Shown piece by piece: positions 35,574-44,632 of a DNA stretch of 64,000 nt. Within the stretch, counting starts at the first letter, position 1. Each line of letters opens with the position of its first letter. The stretch is from IMG/VR virus record IMGVR_UViG_3300044630_006441, positions 32,001-96,000 of that record. The stretch is one strand, 5' to 3'. The stretch comes from a virus. A program made the position numbers and the translations under genes. The notes below the pieces were generated by a model. It saw nothing but the letters and a program-made list of their open reading frames with translations, had not been told where the DNA came from and made no database searches.

Positions 35574-35786
35574 AGAAATAGCTCGACAAGCGTTCATCGT
35601 CGCAATGCTGATATTTGGCTCCGGAATTGCAGCTGGACTGTTGGCTCGATGGCTGTGGCCGATAGTCAAGGCGTGGATTCATTGGGCGACAGGGTGAAGC
35701 TGCCGGTACAACACATCTCGTTGAATTCCCCCATCGAATGAACTACTCAAGCTCGGGTGTATTTATTTGGGACATTTTAATCCCAA

Positions 35787-36326
35787 ATGAGGCTTCCGAT
35801 GTTCTGGTACTGGGTTGGTTACATTCTGACTGCCTGGCTCACCGCCGACTTTCTTACCGGCCTTTTTCACTGGTTTGAAGACCGGTACGCCAAAACCTCC
35901 TGGCCTATTTTCGGCCCCCTAGTTGCCGCCCCCAACGAGTTGCACCACAGCGAACCCCGCGCTTTTCTCCGTGGGAGCTACTGGGATCGCAACAACACCA
36001 CGATGATCCCTTGTCTTTTGATCGCAGCTTGGCTGGGATACCAGGAGCTTTGGTGGGGGATGTTAGTCGGTATTTTCGCCTCGCAGGCTAATCAACTCCA
36101 CGCTTGGACCCACCAGGGCAGCGTTCCCCGCCCGGTCAAAATCCTTCAGGAAACTGGCATCTTGCAGAATGCCCGCCACCACGCCCGACATCACATAAGT
36201 CCTTACGCCACACACTTTTGCGTCATGTCTAGTTGGCTGAACCCCCTGTTTGACTCCATCGGTTTCTGGCGCGGGCTGGAAAAAATCGTTTTTCTGCTGA
36301 TCCGGGTTCGACCCAAGCAAGGTTAA
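35787..36326 (+). CDS. CarF/TMEM189 (PEDS1, Kua)-family lipid desaturase
   Basis: ADFLTGLFHWFED, LHHSEP, NQLHAWTH, LQ..GIL..HHARHH, FCV.S.WLNP; hydrophobic helices. Confidence 0.88.
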   Translation: MRLPMFWYWVGYILTAWLTADFLTGLFHWFEDRYAKTSWPIFGPLVAAPNELHHSEPRAFLRGSYWDRNNTTMIPCLLIAAWLGYQELWWGMLVGIFASQANQLHAWTHQGSVPRPVKILQETGILQNARHHARHHISPYATHFCVMSSWLNPLFDSIGFWRGLEKIVFLLIRVRPKQG

Positions 36327-36333
36327 TGTAGTT

Positions 36334-36500
36334 GCCGGAATGATCTAAGCTGCCGGGGCCGCACCATCCCCTTCGGCGTGAGCCGACCGTGTGACAGGCC
36401 AGCAGCCATGGGCCAGGTAGTGTTTGAGTGCGGTTGAGGCGCTACCAGAAGATATCGGGCCGCATACTCGATAATGAGGGTTCGAGTCCCTCTTTCGGCG
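36334..36500 (+). ncRNA. tRNA-like structured RNA, about 167 nt
   Basis: Acceptor-like GCCGGAA/TTTCGGC followed by G; canonical T-arm GAGGG-TTCGAGT-CCCTC; structured interior of about 135 nt. Confidence 0.6.
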
Positions 36501-36525
36501 ATTGGGGTGGGTCAGGAACAGACCC

Positions 36526-37080
36526 ATGGTGGCTTTAGCCAAGATGGCAATCGTTTACCTGATCATTTTTGAGCGGGTATGGGTTCCCCCAACCGTAGTC
36601 CAAGAAAATCCTTTCGTCAGGAATCTGATCGCCCAGGTCGCCCAGGACTTGGAACTCTACGAATACCCTGAATGCAAAACGCTATGGAAGGCACGGGACG
36701 CCTACGAGCAAGCGAGGTTCTGTCGTGGGCGCCTAGCCGACATCCAGAAGTTCTTCTTCATCGACTTTGGGGTGGAGGGGTCAACTTGCTACATGCTCTG
36801 GGCAAACAAATACAACCGCCCGTTTGACGAGCTTTGCCGTCGCCGCATCCTGGAAAGCTATGGGGAGTCCAAGAGTTTCTGGATGTTTGTCCAGCGCGAG
36901 AACGATGAGATCTACAGGGTTTACGACTTGCTTGACGACATGCACCGGGCTATCCCACTCTATTGTAAGCGCCTGAAATTAGACCGCTTACGGCAGCTTC
37001 TGGGGGACGAGGCCTATGAGGCTGGATGGTTCCCCAACCCCACACCGACATGGCGTTTTTTGCCAGAGAATTCCAAATGA
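36526..37080 (+). CDS. Hypothetical protein with N-terminal hydrophobic segment
   Basis: Long ORF in + strand operon. Confidence 0.65.
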   Translation: MVALAKMAIVYLIIFERVWVPPTVVQENPFVRNLIAQVAQDLELYEYPECKTLWKARDAYEQARFCRGRLADIQKFFFIDFGVEGSTCYMLWANKYNRPFDELCRRRILESYGESKSFWMFVQRENDEIYRVYDLLDDMHRAIPLYCKRLKLDRLRQLLGDEAYEAGWFPNPTPTWRFLPENSK

Positions 37081-37257
37081 ACAGTGAATACAACCTAAAT
37101 CGCCTAGTTGTTGATCTCGCTTGCATTTTGTCATTTACGTTTATTGTTTGGCAATTATTGAGGAAAAACGACTAGACGGTTCAATCGTGTGTTTCTATCG
37201 TGATGAGTCGGCGTGGGCAGGTTGCCTCGCTGATTTCATGGATGAGGATTAGCAACG

Positions 37258-37638
37258 ATGAATCGATTTGCTTTCGGTCTGCTGGCTTTGGCTTTGGTTG
37301 CCTCGGCTGCTTCTGCTGGCCCTTTTGGTCGTCGGAAGGCGGTTGCTGTGTCTTGCCCTAGCGGCAACTGCGCTGTAACCCAAACCCAGACTCATACAAC
37401 CACCACGACCACAACGAATACCAGCACCTCGTCAGCACAAGGCGTTGCCAATCTAATCGTCGTGAGCGGACGTTTTCGGCATTGGGGCGGTTACAATGGG
37501 TACGAGGGCATCGGTATGGGGCCTACTCCAGAGGCTGCCCTAAGAAATTGCTGTTTCTTTGGACGCTTTCAAATTGCTGATGTAGGCTACGCACAAAAAC
37601 CAAACGGTTCTTGGGTTGCTGTAGCTAGGTATCGGTAA
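37258..37638 (+). CDS. Secreted protein with signal peptide
   Basis: MNRFAFGLLALALVASAASA; CPSGNC; Thr run; EGIGMG...NCC. Confidence 0.75.
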   Translation: MNRFAFGLLALALVASAASAGPFGRRKAVAVSCPSGNCAVTQTQTHTTTTTTTNTSTSSAQGVANLIVVSGRFRHWGGYNGYEGIGMGPTPEAALRNCCFFGRFQIADVGYAQKPNGSWVAVARYR

Positions 37639-37665
37639 TCTTTGCCTGTTTTGAGATCCGGCTAT

Positions 37666-38130
37666 ATGACCGAAGAAATTCTTTGGCATGATTTTTTTGA
37701 GTACTCTGACGGATTCCTGTATTGGAAAGTCAGACCAAGCAATCGTGTTAGAATTGGTCAAAAAGCCGGATCTAAAACCTCCCATGGATATTTGATGGTT
37801 AATTTCCAGGGGAAGGGCGAAAGGCAGCCAAAATATGTGCATAGGATTGTCTGGGAAATGCACTTCGGTTTTATTCCGGAGGGAATGGTGATAGACCACA
37901 TTAATCGCAATAGGTCTGATAACAGGATCGAAAATTTGCGCGTGGTTACACCGTGTGAAAACACACAAACAGACGATGGAAAATGCGTTTATTTTGATGC
38001 TAGGAGATCTAACCAGAAAAAGCCTTGGTATGCCAGGTTTAAGCGGAACGGAAAAGGCTTCTTTAAGACTTTTGGGTCCGAACAAGAAGCTGAAAGTTGG
38101 GTTGCTTCTGTAAGAGCAGTTACAGCGTGA
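37666..38130 (+). CDS. HNH homing endonuclease
   Basis: YVHRIVWEMH...IDHINRNRSDNRIENLRVVT..EN. Confidence 0.9.
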   Translation: MTEEILWHDFFEYSDGFLYWKVRPSNRVRIGQKAGSKTSHGYLMVNFQGKGERQPKYVHRIVWEMHFGFIPEGMVIDHINRNRSDNRIENLRVVTPCENTQTDDGKCVYFDARRSNQKKPWYARFKRNGKGFFKTFGSEQEAESWVASVRAVTA

Positions 38131-38141
38131 CACCCATGAAA

Positions 38142-38243
38142 TTGTCGGCTGTGTTTGGGGTTGGTTTACCGACCGCAATAAGGACTGGAAACGGTCGACG
38201 CAGTCGATAATGCGCACGAAGGATTGAACTCCCTTTTGTGCGC
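38142..38243 (+). ncRNA. Candidate structured RNA immediately 5' of tRNA-Met
   Basis: 13-bp stem 38142-38154/38198-38210 enclosing two hairpins (one with GAAA loop), then hairpin 38212-38243. Confidence 0.45.
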
Positions 38244-38246
38244 TGG

Positions 38247-38318
38247 ACGGGAGTAGAGAAGTAGTATCTCGCCACCCTCATAAGGTGGAGATCGCTGGTG
38301 CGAATCCAGCCTCCCGCA
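38247..38318 (+). tRNA. tRNA with CAT anticodon (Met, or Ile2/fMet type); CCA not encoded
   Basis: Cloverleaf: ACGGGAG/CTCCCGC, D-stem GAGA/TCTC, CCACC-CTCATAA-GGTGG, GCTGG-TGCGAAT-CCAGC. Confidence 0.88.
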
Positions 38319-38459
38319 ATGGTTTGTTGAACGGAAGGAGTCCTTTGATGAACAAGACCAGACAACGAATCGTCCGCAGGAAGCAGATCATTGCCGCCTT
38401 CAACAAGATAGGGGCAAAGCAGAGGCCTGTTGCTCGATAAAACAAATCGAGTTCTTCCA

Positions 38460-38490
38460 GGGCGGTGACCACAAAGGTCGCCGCCTTTTT
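38460..38490 (+). terminator. Rho-independent terminator
   Basis: GGCGGTGACC/GGTCGCCGCC plus T-run. Confidence 0.8.
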
Positions 38491-38506
38491 TATTGGAGTT
38501 TTGCGA

Positions 38507-39034
38507 ATGTATATTATGCGCCCCAATGAGGGCTACAAGCAGTCGCTCCGGGATTTGGCGAAAACACTTTTACAGAAAGGTGAAATTCGTCACTTTGTTG
38601 AAATTGGTTGTTTTTCAGGTGAATCCGCAGTCATCTGGCACGAGTCCCTCCCAGACTCCGCCATCTGGTGCATCGACCCCTGGTTGCCCGGATACGACCC
38701 CAACGACGCAGCCAGCAATTCAAACATGACCGCCGTCGAGAAAGCTTTCGACCAGCGCACCTTTGGCTGCGAGAGGTTGATCAAGCTGAAGGGCGTGTCT
38801 GAGACCTTCAAGGATCAGCCCTGTCTGCAATCAATCGATGTCGCCTACATCGACGCCATGCACACATACGAGGGCGTGAAAGCTGACATCCAGTTCTGGT
38901 TGCCGCGCTGCAAATTGGCCATTGCCGGACACGATTACAACGGCGGTTGGCCGGGGGTCATCAAGGCTGTCGACGAAATGCTTGGCAGACCCGATCAGAT
39001 TTTTCCGGACAGTTCCTGGTTGAAGTGGATTTGA
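38507..39034 (+). CDS. Class I SAM-dependent methyltransferase (Methyltransf_24-like)
   Basis: VEIGCFSGES, CIDPW, YIDAMHTYEGVKADI, IAGHDY, WPGVIKAVDE. Confidence 0.88.
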   Translation: MYIMRPNEGYKQSLRDLAKTLLQKGEIRHFVEIGCFSGESAVIWHESLPDSAIWCIDPWLPGYDPNDAASNSNMTAVEKAFDQRTFGCERLIKLKGVSETFKDQPCLQSIDVAYIDAMHTYEGVKADIQFWLPRCKLAIAGHDYNGGWPGVIKAVDEMLGRPDQIFPDSSWLKWI

Positions 39035-39035
39035 G

Positions 39036-39332
39036 ATGTACCAGCCCAAAAGAAAAGCAGTCTTCTGCAAATGCACCAATCACCATCATCATGCGATCTT
39101 GACCCTACAGCATTGGCAAGATTCCAAGCTGGGCCTCACCGATCTGGAATGCTGTCTTGATCTCCACATCGCCCCGCACCCATCCTTCCTTAAGAGGTTG
39201 CGGAAAGCCATTCGGTATGTGTTCACCGGCAGAGGTGATTGCTACGAGGAGGTCATGATCACAGAAGAAGATGCCGAAGAGATGCGGGATTTGTTGGGGG
39301 AATTTGTGGCGTTGAATCGGGCATTACGCTGA
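39036..39332 (+). CDS. Hypothetical protein
   Basis: FCKC...H; FLKRLRKAIRYVFTG. Confidence 0.65.
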   Translation: MYQPKRKAVFCKCTNHHHHAILTLQHWQDSKLGLTDLECCLDLHIAPHPSFLKRLRKAIRYVFTGRGDCYEEVMITEEDAEEMRDLLGEFVALNRALR

Positions 39333-39341
39333 GGAGAAACG

Positions 39342-39680
39342 ATGGAAGAAATTTACCTGAAGTTGAAGAAGGCTGTGGATTTCGCCTCGCCCCTAGAGAA
39401 GTTTGAGGAAGCCGTTGGCGGCATCTCTGTCGAACTGGACAAACTCGACATTGATTTCATACTCAGTTGCCGCAGTCTCCTCCCCAAGTTTCTCCAGATG
39501 AACTCTGACCTGTTGGATCAGGTCAGCGAACTGGAATCCGAGCTAGAAGCCGCCGAATGGGTGGTTCAGGATATGACCGACGAAAATCTTGAGCTGATGG
39601 CCAAGGTTGAAGAATTGGAAGAACGCATCGCCATCATGTCGGAAAATCAATCTAGTCATCCAGAAGGATGGGATGGATGA
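39342..39680 (+). CDS. Coiled-coil acidic protein
   Basis: GAGGAG RBS; heptad pattern. Confidence 0.68.
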   Translation: MEEIYLKLKKAVDFASPLEKFEEAVGGISVELDKLDIDFILSCRSLLPKFLQMNSDLLDQVSELESELEAAEWVVQDMTDENLELMAKVEELEERIAIMSENQSSHPEGWDG

Positions 39681-40135
39681 ATCGCAAAAGAATGGAATAC
39701 ATCAAGGCCTGTGAGCGAGGCACTCGTGAAGCGGGCGTGAGGCTTCTGCGTGGCCGCGTGGTCAAGGGTGAAGACGGGCGCATTGTCACCAAACTGGTCA
39801 TCGGTCACCACCCCAGCCAGGAAGACGCCGATGGCTTTCTGGAAACCGTCAGGGTCATGCTGAATTCCCAGAGAGGAAGGACGACCGACTATTTCCAATG
39901 GGGTTTTGCTTTTGCCGGAGATGATGATTTCGGCAATTCCTACTTCAAGGTGGTGCCGCTTGATTATTACGAGCGACATCGGTCTTTTGATGGTAACCCT
40001 TTCCCGTACTTTCAGTTGCCTGGTTCGCTTGGATTTATTCACGAGAGTGGATCGACTTTTCGATATGGCGGCGACGAGGTAGAGGCTAGGGCCATTCTCA
40101 TCCGGGTGGGACTCAAGGAGTTGGATTGTGAGTGA
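39677..40135 (+). CDS. Hypothetical protein
   Basis: Coupled. Confidence 0.65.
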   Translation: MNRKRMEYIKACERGTREAGVRLLRGRVVKGEDGRIVTKLVIGHHPSQEDADGFLETVRVMLNSQRGRTTDYFQWGFAFAGDDDFGNSYFKVVPLDYYERHRSFDGNPFPYFQLPGSLGFIHESGSTFRYGGDEVEARAILIRVGLKELDCE

Positions 40136-40400
40136 CTACGAAGAAATGCTTTTGTGTGATGGTTTAGAAGATGCCTTAGTCGGGGTCTCGTATCGGTGCA
40201 ATCAACCGCCAATTGCCGTTTATGACATTGAAAAAATCATTGCGATCTACATGGATCGGGACGGCATGTCTGAGGAAGAAGCCCGCGAATTTTTTGAATT
40301 CAATGTGATCGGGGCGTGGGTAGGGGATAGGACCCCAGCTTTCATCGCTCCCATGAGGATTGATGAGTTAAATTCGGCAATTGAGGAAAGCTCAGAGTAA
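40128..40400 (+). CDS. Conserved phage hypothetical protein
   Basis: DGLEDALVG...AVYD...DGMSEEEAREFFEFNVIGAWVGDRTPAF. Confidence 0.8.
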   Translation: MSDYEEMLLCDGLEDALVGVSYRCNQPPIAVYDIEKIIAIYMDRDGMSEEEAREFFEFNVIGAWVGDRTPAFIAPMRIDELNSAIEESSE

Positions 40401-40499
40401 TCTTTTAACTTTCCTAACAAAAACCCTTGCGGTCGCCCTACACAAAACCCTACACTGGGTTTGTCGGGCGATTTTTTTTGTTATTGCTGGAGTGGGATT

Positions 40500-41015
40500 G
40501 TGAGCGACGAAATTTCCAAAGCTTTGCAGTACGGAAGACCCAAGAAAGACGATCCTCGCAAGAAACCGGCCAAGCCGGATGAGCGCAAAAGGGGTTCCAA
40601 GCGCAATCCCAAGGATTCAGCTTCCAAGCCAAACAATTCGATTGAAGTCTCTGAAGAAACAGAGAAGAAGATCCGCAAGCTGATGGAAGAACACAACGCC
40701 AAAGATCCCAAGTTCAAAGCGAACATGGCCATGTTGAAATCCGTGTTCCGTCGCGGGGCCGGGGCGTTCAGCGCCAGCCATGCGCCCGGTATGGATCGCA
40801 CTCGCTGGGGCCTGAATCGGATCAAGGCTTTTCTCTATCTCCTGCGCAACGGCAGGCCCTCCAATCCGAACTACAAGCAGGATAATGATCTCCTTCCGGA
40901 TGATCATCCCAGAGCGAGCAAGAAGAAAGAGAAGTCTAAAGGCAGCAACCTGAACGACATTCTTGATCGCATTGAAGACGCCGTGAAAGACATTCGTCAG
41001 GCGCTGGGCGGATGA
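40500..41015 (+). CDS. Conserved phage protein
   Basis: LKSVFRRGAGAFS.SH.PG..R..WG..R.KAFL...YKQDNDLLP. Confidence 0.75.
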   Translation: MSDEISKALQYGRPKKDDPRKKPAKPDERKRGSKRNPKDSASKPNNSIEVSEETEKKIRKLMEEHNAKDPKFKANMAMLKSVFRRGAGAFSASHAPGMDRTRWGLNRIKAFLYLLRNGRPSNPNYKQDNDLLPDDHPRASKKKEKSKGSNLNDILDRIEDAVKDIRQALGG

Positions 41016-41443
41016 GTTCATTCCGGGTTTTACTCGGGGAAAACGGAACCTTTTTCGTTGGCGACGACGAAGGGAAGCCTGTTGTTCCATCCGGACAAAA
41101 CCTAGAAGAACTCCAGGATTGCTTGATCGACATGCTTGGAGCCTTGGAGCCTCAAGATGCTCTGGGCGGTTCGGCAAGATCGCCCAAGTGGACTAGTGTC
41201 CGCAAAGAACACCTGGCTGCCCATCCATCTTGCGCAGCTTGCGGTTCACACAAAAGTGTTCAGGTTCATCATAAAAAACCATTTTATCGTGAGCCGTGTC
41301 TGGAGTTGGACGCTGAAAATTTGATTACATTGTGTCCTCTATGCCACTTTTACTTCGGGCATTTGCTCAGGTGGACAAGCTGGAATGTCGATGTAAGCAA
41401 GGACGCGGCGTGGTTCTTGGGAAAGATTGAGGGGAGACCATGA
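41012..41443 (+). CDS. HNH endonuclease domain protein
   Basis: RSPKW..VRKEHL..HPSCAACG....VQVHH..P....LELD.ENLITLC..CH. Confidence 0.82.
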   Translation: MSSFRVLLGENGTFFVGDDEGKPVVPSGQNLEELQDCLIDMLGALEPQDALGGSARSPKWTSVRKEHLAAHPSCAACGSHKSVQVHHKKPFYREPCLELDAENLITLCPLCHFYFGHLLRWTSWNVDVSKDAAWFLGKIEGRP

Positions 41444-41826
41444 GACACTGGGGAATGTTGCTGTTTTTGGTCGGGTGGATTACCGGCCTTTGGTTTTTCT
41501 CGATACGCCCGCTTTTCAATTTAGAAATGCAGGCGAAGGCTACTGAGGCCAGCCTGCGTTTCGAGAAGCAGCGCGCACAACTGCTCGATGATGAGATCTC
41601 CGAGCTTCGGTCCAGGCCGACTTATGAGGAGGGCTACAGGGACGCCGTCATTCGTGCCGGTGCGCCAGAAAACGCCAGCGCATACAAGGACGGATACGAT
41701 GCTGCCCTTATCGCTGTTGGCGATGCCAGCTATGCCGAAGGCTATCACGCAGCCATCAAGCAGTTTGGCTTCCCAGCCCGCCCCAACCAAGCCATTGCCA
41801 AAGCCAGGAAGGAGAACAACCAATGA
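41440..41826 (+). CDS. Membrane-anchored protein with YxxGYxxA repeats
   Basis: N-terminal TM helix; YEEGYRDA/YKDGYDAA/YAEGYHAA. Confidence 0.68.
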   Translation: MRHWGMLLFLVGWITGLWFFSIRPLFNLEMQAKATEASLRFEKQRAQLLDDEISELRSRPTYEEGYRDAVIRAGAPENASAYKDGYDAALIAVGDASYAEGYHAAIKQFGFPARPNQAIAKARKENNQ

Positions 41827-42356
41827 GCATTGTTTGCGTCCGAAGCGTGCGCGAAGTCACCAACGAGCAATATGCCGAAGCTTACAAGCAGTATCGTGCG
41901 TGCCTGTACAAATCCTCCAGAAACTGGATTAAGAGGTATGGTGAGGACGAGGCTCTGCATATCGCTGGCATAGCCCTGTGGCGCGCTCTCCAAAGCTACG
42001 ATGAAAGCCGTCGGATGACCTTTATCGGGTATTTGATCAACTGCATTCGTTGGTCTTTCCTGGATCATTACGGCGATGATCAGAAGAACGCTTTGGTCAG
42101 CAATACTGACTGTGCTTTCGACCCCTCCTACTCGATCGCTGATCCAACTTACACGGTGCCGGAGCCAGACGAAAGGCCGGAGGCTATCAAGCCATACCTG
42201 GGCGACAAGGCCAAGAGAATCGTGGATCTGGTGCGGGACGGCCGGAATACCACCGAGATTTCTACCGAACTGAAGATCTCTCGCCAGAGAGTCCATCAGA
42301 TCTTTGGCGATATCCGGGCCACCTACAACCAGTTGTGCAAGAACGGAAAAATCTAA
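41823..42356 (+). CDS. Sigma70-family factor
   Basis: IALWRALQSYDESRRMTFIGYLINCIRW (region 2); TTEISTELKISRQRVHQI (region 4 HTH). Confidence 0.88.
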   Translation: MSIVCVRSVREVTNEQYAEAYKQYRACLYKSSRNWIKRYGEDEALHIAGIALWRALQSYDESRRMTFIGYLINCIRWSFLDHYGDDQKNALVSNTDCAFDPSYSIADPTYTVPEPDERPEAIKPYLGDKAKRIVDLVRDGRNTTEISTELKISRQRVHQIFGDIRATYNQLCKNGKI

Positions 42357-42470
42357 TCCGTTTGGGCATTCTTGAAACTCGCAACGCGCATCCTTGTCAT
42401 TCATGGGTGCGCGTAAATCTTTTTGTCAACACGATTAATAACCCAGACAAACATAATTTCTAAAAAACTA

Positions 42471-42498
42471 TTGTCAAACCTGTACAGCTTGCTATTAT
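42471..42498 (+). promoter_or_regulatory. Sigma70-type promoter
   Basis: TTGTCA-16 bp-TATTAT in AT-rich intergenic region. Confidence 0.55.
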
Positions 42499-42556
42499 GT
42501 GAATGTCGGGAGCAAAAGTTGCGACCGCAAAAAGTGTGACGGAAGGAAGAGTCAAC

Positions 42557-43747
42557 ATGAGCAGCGAAAGTGTCCTGGTGGGGTCTGGCAAGAGCGGCGA
42601 CTTTGTTCACCAGAGCCAGCAGATGGGTGACAAGAACGGATTCAAAAACGTGTCCAAGAAGTGGTTGGACAAGTGCATTTCTTTCGACCAGGGGCTGGAA
42701 AAGCTCTACTCCGGCCGCAGCCAGACCGAGGATTTCGAGGGGACAATCTCTCAGTTCCGCCCCAGCCTGACCGACACTGGCCGGTTTGTGATCCGTGACC
42801 AGTCCAGCGGTCGCGACTTCAAGCCCACCCCCCACGCGCTCAACCAACTGTCCCGCTGGGCCGGTGTTGGCAACTTCCTGCCCACCAAGCTGTTCAACAG
42901 CGAAGATGCCCAGGATCACGAGACGCTTGTCCGCGTTTTCGAGAACGGTCTTCGCCATATCGACAGCGACAAGAACCTTTTCTGGCGTTGCCGTCAGGAT
43001 GGCACCCTGCGCGCCGTGCTGAGCAACCGCTACATGGAGGTCAACAACGAGTGGTTCCTGAAAACCCTCCAGGAGATCATCCCCGGCGGTATGCTGTCCC
43101 ACTGGCGGGGCGATGCCGACACCATCTATGGCAACATCCTGATCCCCGATTCCATCCGGGAAGAGTCGGACAGCGACTACGGTGGAATGCTCAGCATCGG
43201 CAATTCCGAGGTCGGCCTGCGCCACCTGTTTTCGTTGCCGTCGGTTTTCCGGGCGATCTGCCAGAACGGCTGCATCTGGGACCAGAAGAAGGGCGAGTCC
43301 CTCAAGCTGCGTCACAACGGTGAGCCGGACTACGAAGTCCTGTATGTCGCCATCCGGCAGAACCTGGAAAATCAGATTCCCCTCCTGCCCCGTGGTATCG
43401 GCCAACTGTTGGACGCCCGCGCCAAGAAGTGGGATGGGGGGTCGATCTATCCGCTCTTCGCCGCCCTGGCCAACGAGAACAAGATCGCCAGGGAGCCTAT
43501 CAGCAAGGTCCTGGGCGCCTACCAGGAAGAGCTGCTGGCTGCCGACTCAAGCCGCAACAATCTGTTCGGCGTGATCAATGCCTTCACCCGCGCTGGCCAG
43601 GGCCTATCTAACGAGCAATGGTACAGCTTCGATATCCTTGGCGGGAAGCTGAGTGGTATGTCTTCTAACGAATGGGACGGCCTCAAGAATCGCGCCAAAG
43701 CGATGAAGGCAGAGACCGTCGATAAGGTTCTTGGTCTGGCTTCCTGA
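42557..43747 (+). CDS. DUF932-domain protein
   Basis: LRAVLSNRY...G.LSIGNSEVG....FRAICQNG...LRH. Confidence 0.8.
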   Translation: MSSESVLVGSGKSGDFVHQSQQMGDKNGFKNVSKKWLDKCISFDQGLEKLYSGRSQTEDFEGTISQFRPSLTDTGRFVIRDQSSGRDFKPTPHALNQLSRWAGVGNFLPTKLFNSEDAQDHETLVRVFENGLRHIDSDKNLFWRCRQDGTLRAVLSNRYMEVNNEWFLKTLQEIIPGGMLSHWRGDADTIYGNILIPDSIREESDSDYGGMLSIGNSEVGLRHLFSLPSVFRAICQNGCIWDQKKGESLKLRHNGEPDYEVLYVAIRQNLENQIPLLPRGIGQLLDARAKKWDGGSIYPLFAALANENKIAREPISKVLGAYQEELLAADSSRNNLFGVINAFTRAGQGLSNEQWYSFDILGGKLSGMSSNEWDGLKNRAKAMKAETVDKVLGLAS

Positions 43748-43770
43748 GCCTAAAATCTAATCAAACCTCG

Positions 43771-43804
43771 AATCCGTCCGGACCTATTCCGGGCGGATTT
43801 TTTT
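43771..43804 (+). terminator. Rho-independent terminator
   Basis: AATCCGTCCGGA/TCCGGGCGGATT plus T-run. Confidence 0.82.
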
Positions 43805-43947
43805 ATTAAGTATTAAAAATTATTTTACTTCTGTGTTTATTCAATCATAATGGATTGTCGGCCTGCGGGGGAAGCTGGTCGATCGTATGTTCGATTGTGT
43901 GTTAGTTATCGTATTTGATTTAGGGGGAGTATAATTGGGGGATAACT

Positions 43948-44277
43948 ATGAAGACCAACTATCAGGTTTCACCAGAAGAGTTCATCATGGCTTGGGAGAC
44001 CAGCGAGTCTGTTCCCGAGGTGGTGGAGAAGCTCAGGCGCGTCGCCAAGGCCAAGGGCACCAAGAGCATGTCGAAGACCATTGTCCTGTCCAGGGCGTCT
44101 TCCTACCGCACCCTTGGCGTTGATTTGAAAAAGATGAAGCGCAAGCATGGGAAGCCGATCGACGTCAAGGCTTTAAACAGCTTGATTTCAAGGATCAACA
44201 AGGGCGGGGGGCTTTTCGACAAGGATGTTGTGGCCATCGACCCGCGAAAAATAGGTGCCGACAAGGTAACGGCCTGA
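43948..44277 (+). CDS. Basic hypothetical protein
   Basis: EEFIMAWETS.S..EV...RAS.YR..GV.LKKM. Confidence 0.72.
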   Translation: MKTNYQVSPEEFIMAWETSESVPEVVEKLRRVAKAKGTKSMSKTIVLSRASSYRTLGVDLKKMKRKHGKPIDVKALNSLISRINKGGGLFDKDVVAIDPRKIGADKVTA

Positions 44278-44351
44278 CCGTCTGGCGGAGTGTCTAGTTT
44301 TCTGGGTGGTGTATTGAATTGTGACCTTGCCCCACCTAGAGGACTAGACAC

Positions 44352-44618
44352 ATGCCTGACCTGTATGGAAATCCCGTTGTTTCTGGCCAGATGATCCCGC
44401 ATGGCAACGAAGCCCTGACGCAGAACACCCAGAACATCACCGAGCAGTTCCTGGCCGACGCCAAATATGTGCAGAAAAAGGAAATCTTCGATATTCCTTA
44501 CGATGTTCTGCCCACCCCGACAGAAGCCGCCACCGTCTCCCAGACTAGCATCAAGCAGACCAACCCCCAGGGCATCGTGTCCCGGGGCTTCTTCTGTCTT
44601 GGTGACTCCATCAGCTAA
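44352..44618 (+). CDS. Hypothetical protein
   Basis: GAGGA RBS; strong coding bias. Confidence 0.65.
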   Translation: MPDLYGNPVVSGQMIPHGNEALTQNTQNITEQFLADAKYVQKKEIFDIPYDVLPTPTEAATVSQTSIKQTNPQGIVSRGFFCLGDSIS

Positions 44619-44632
44619 TTCCGAGGTGTTCC

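Noticed and set aside
36334-36500. Canonical tmRNA or standard tRNA
   Set aside because: Too short for tmRNA and lacks alanine identity elements; no D or anticodon arm at tRNA spacing
34045-38130. Group I introns around the HNH genes
   Set aside because: Flanking genes look complete and there is no room for an intron core; treated as free-standing endonucleases
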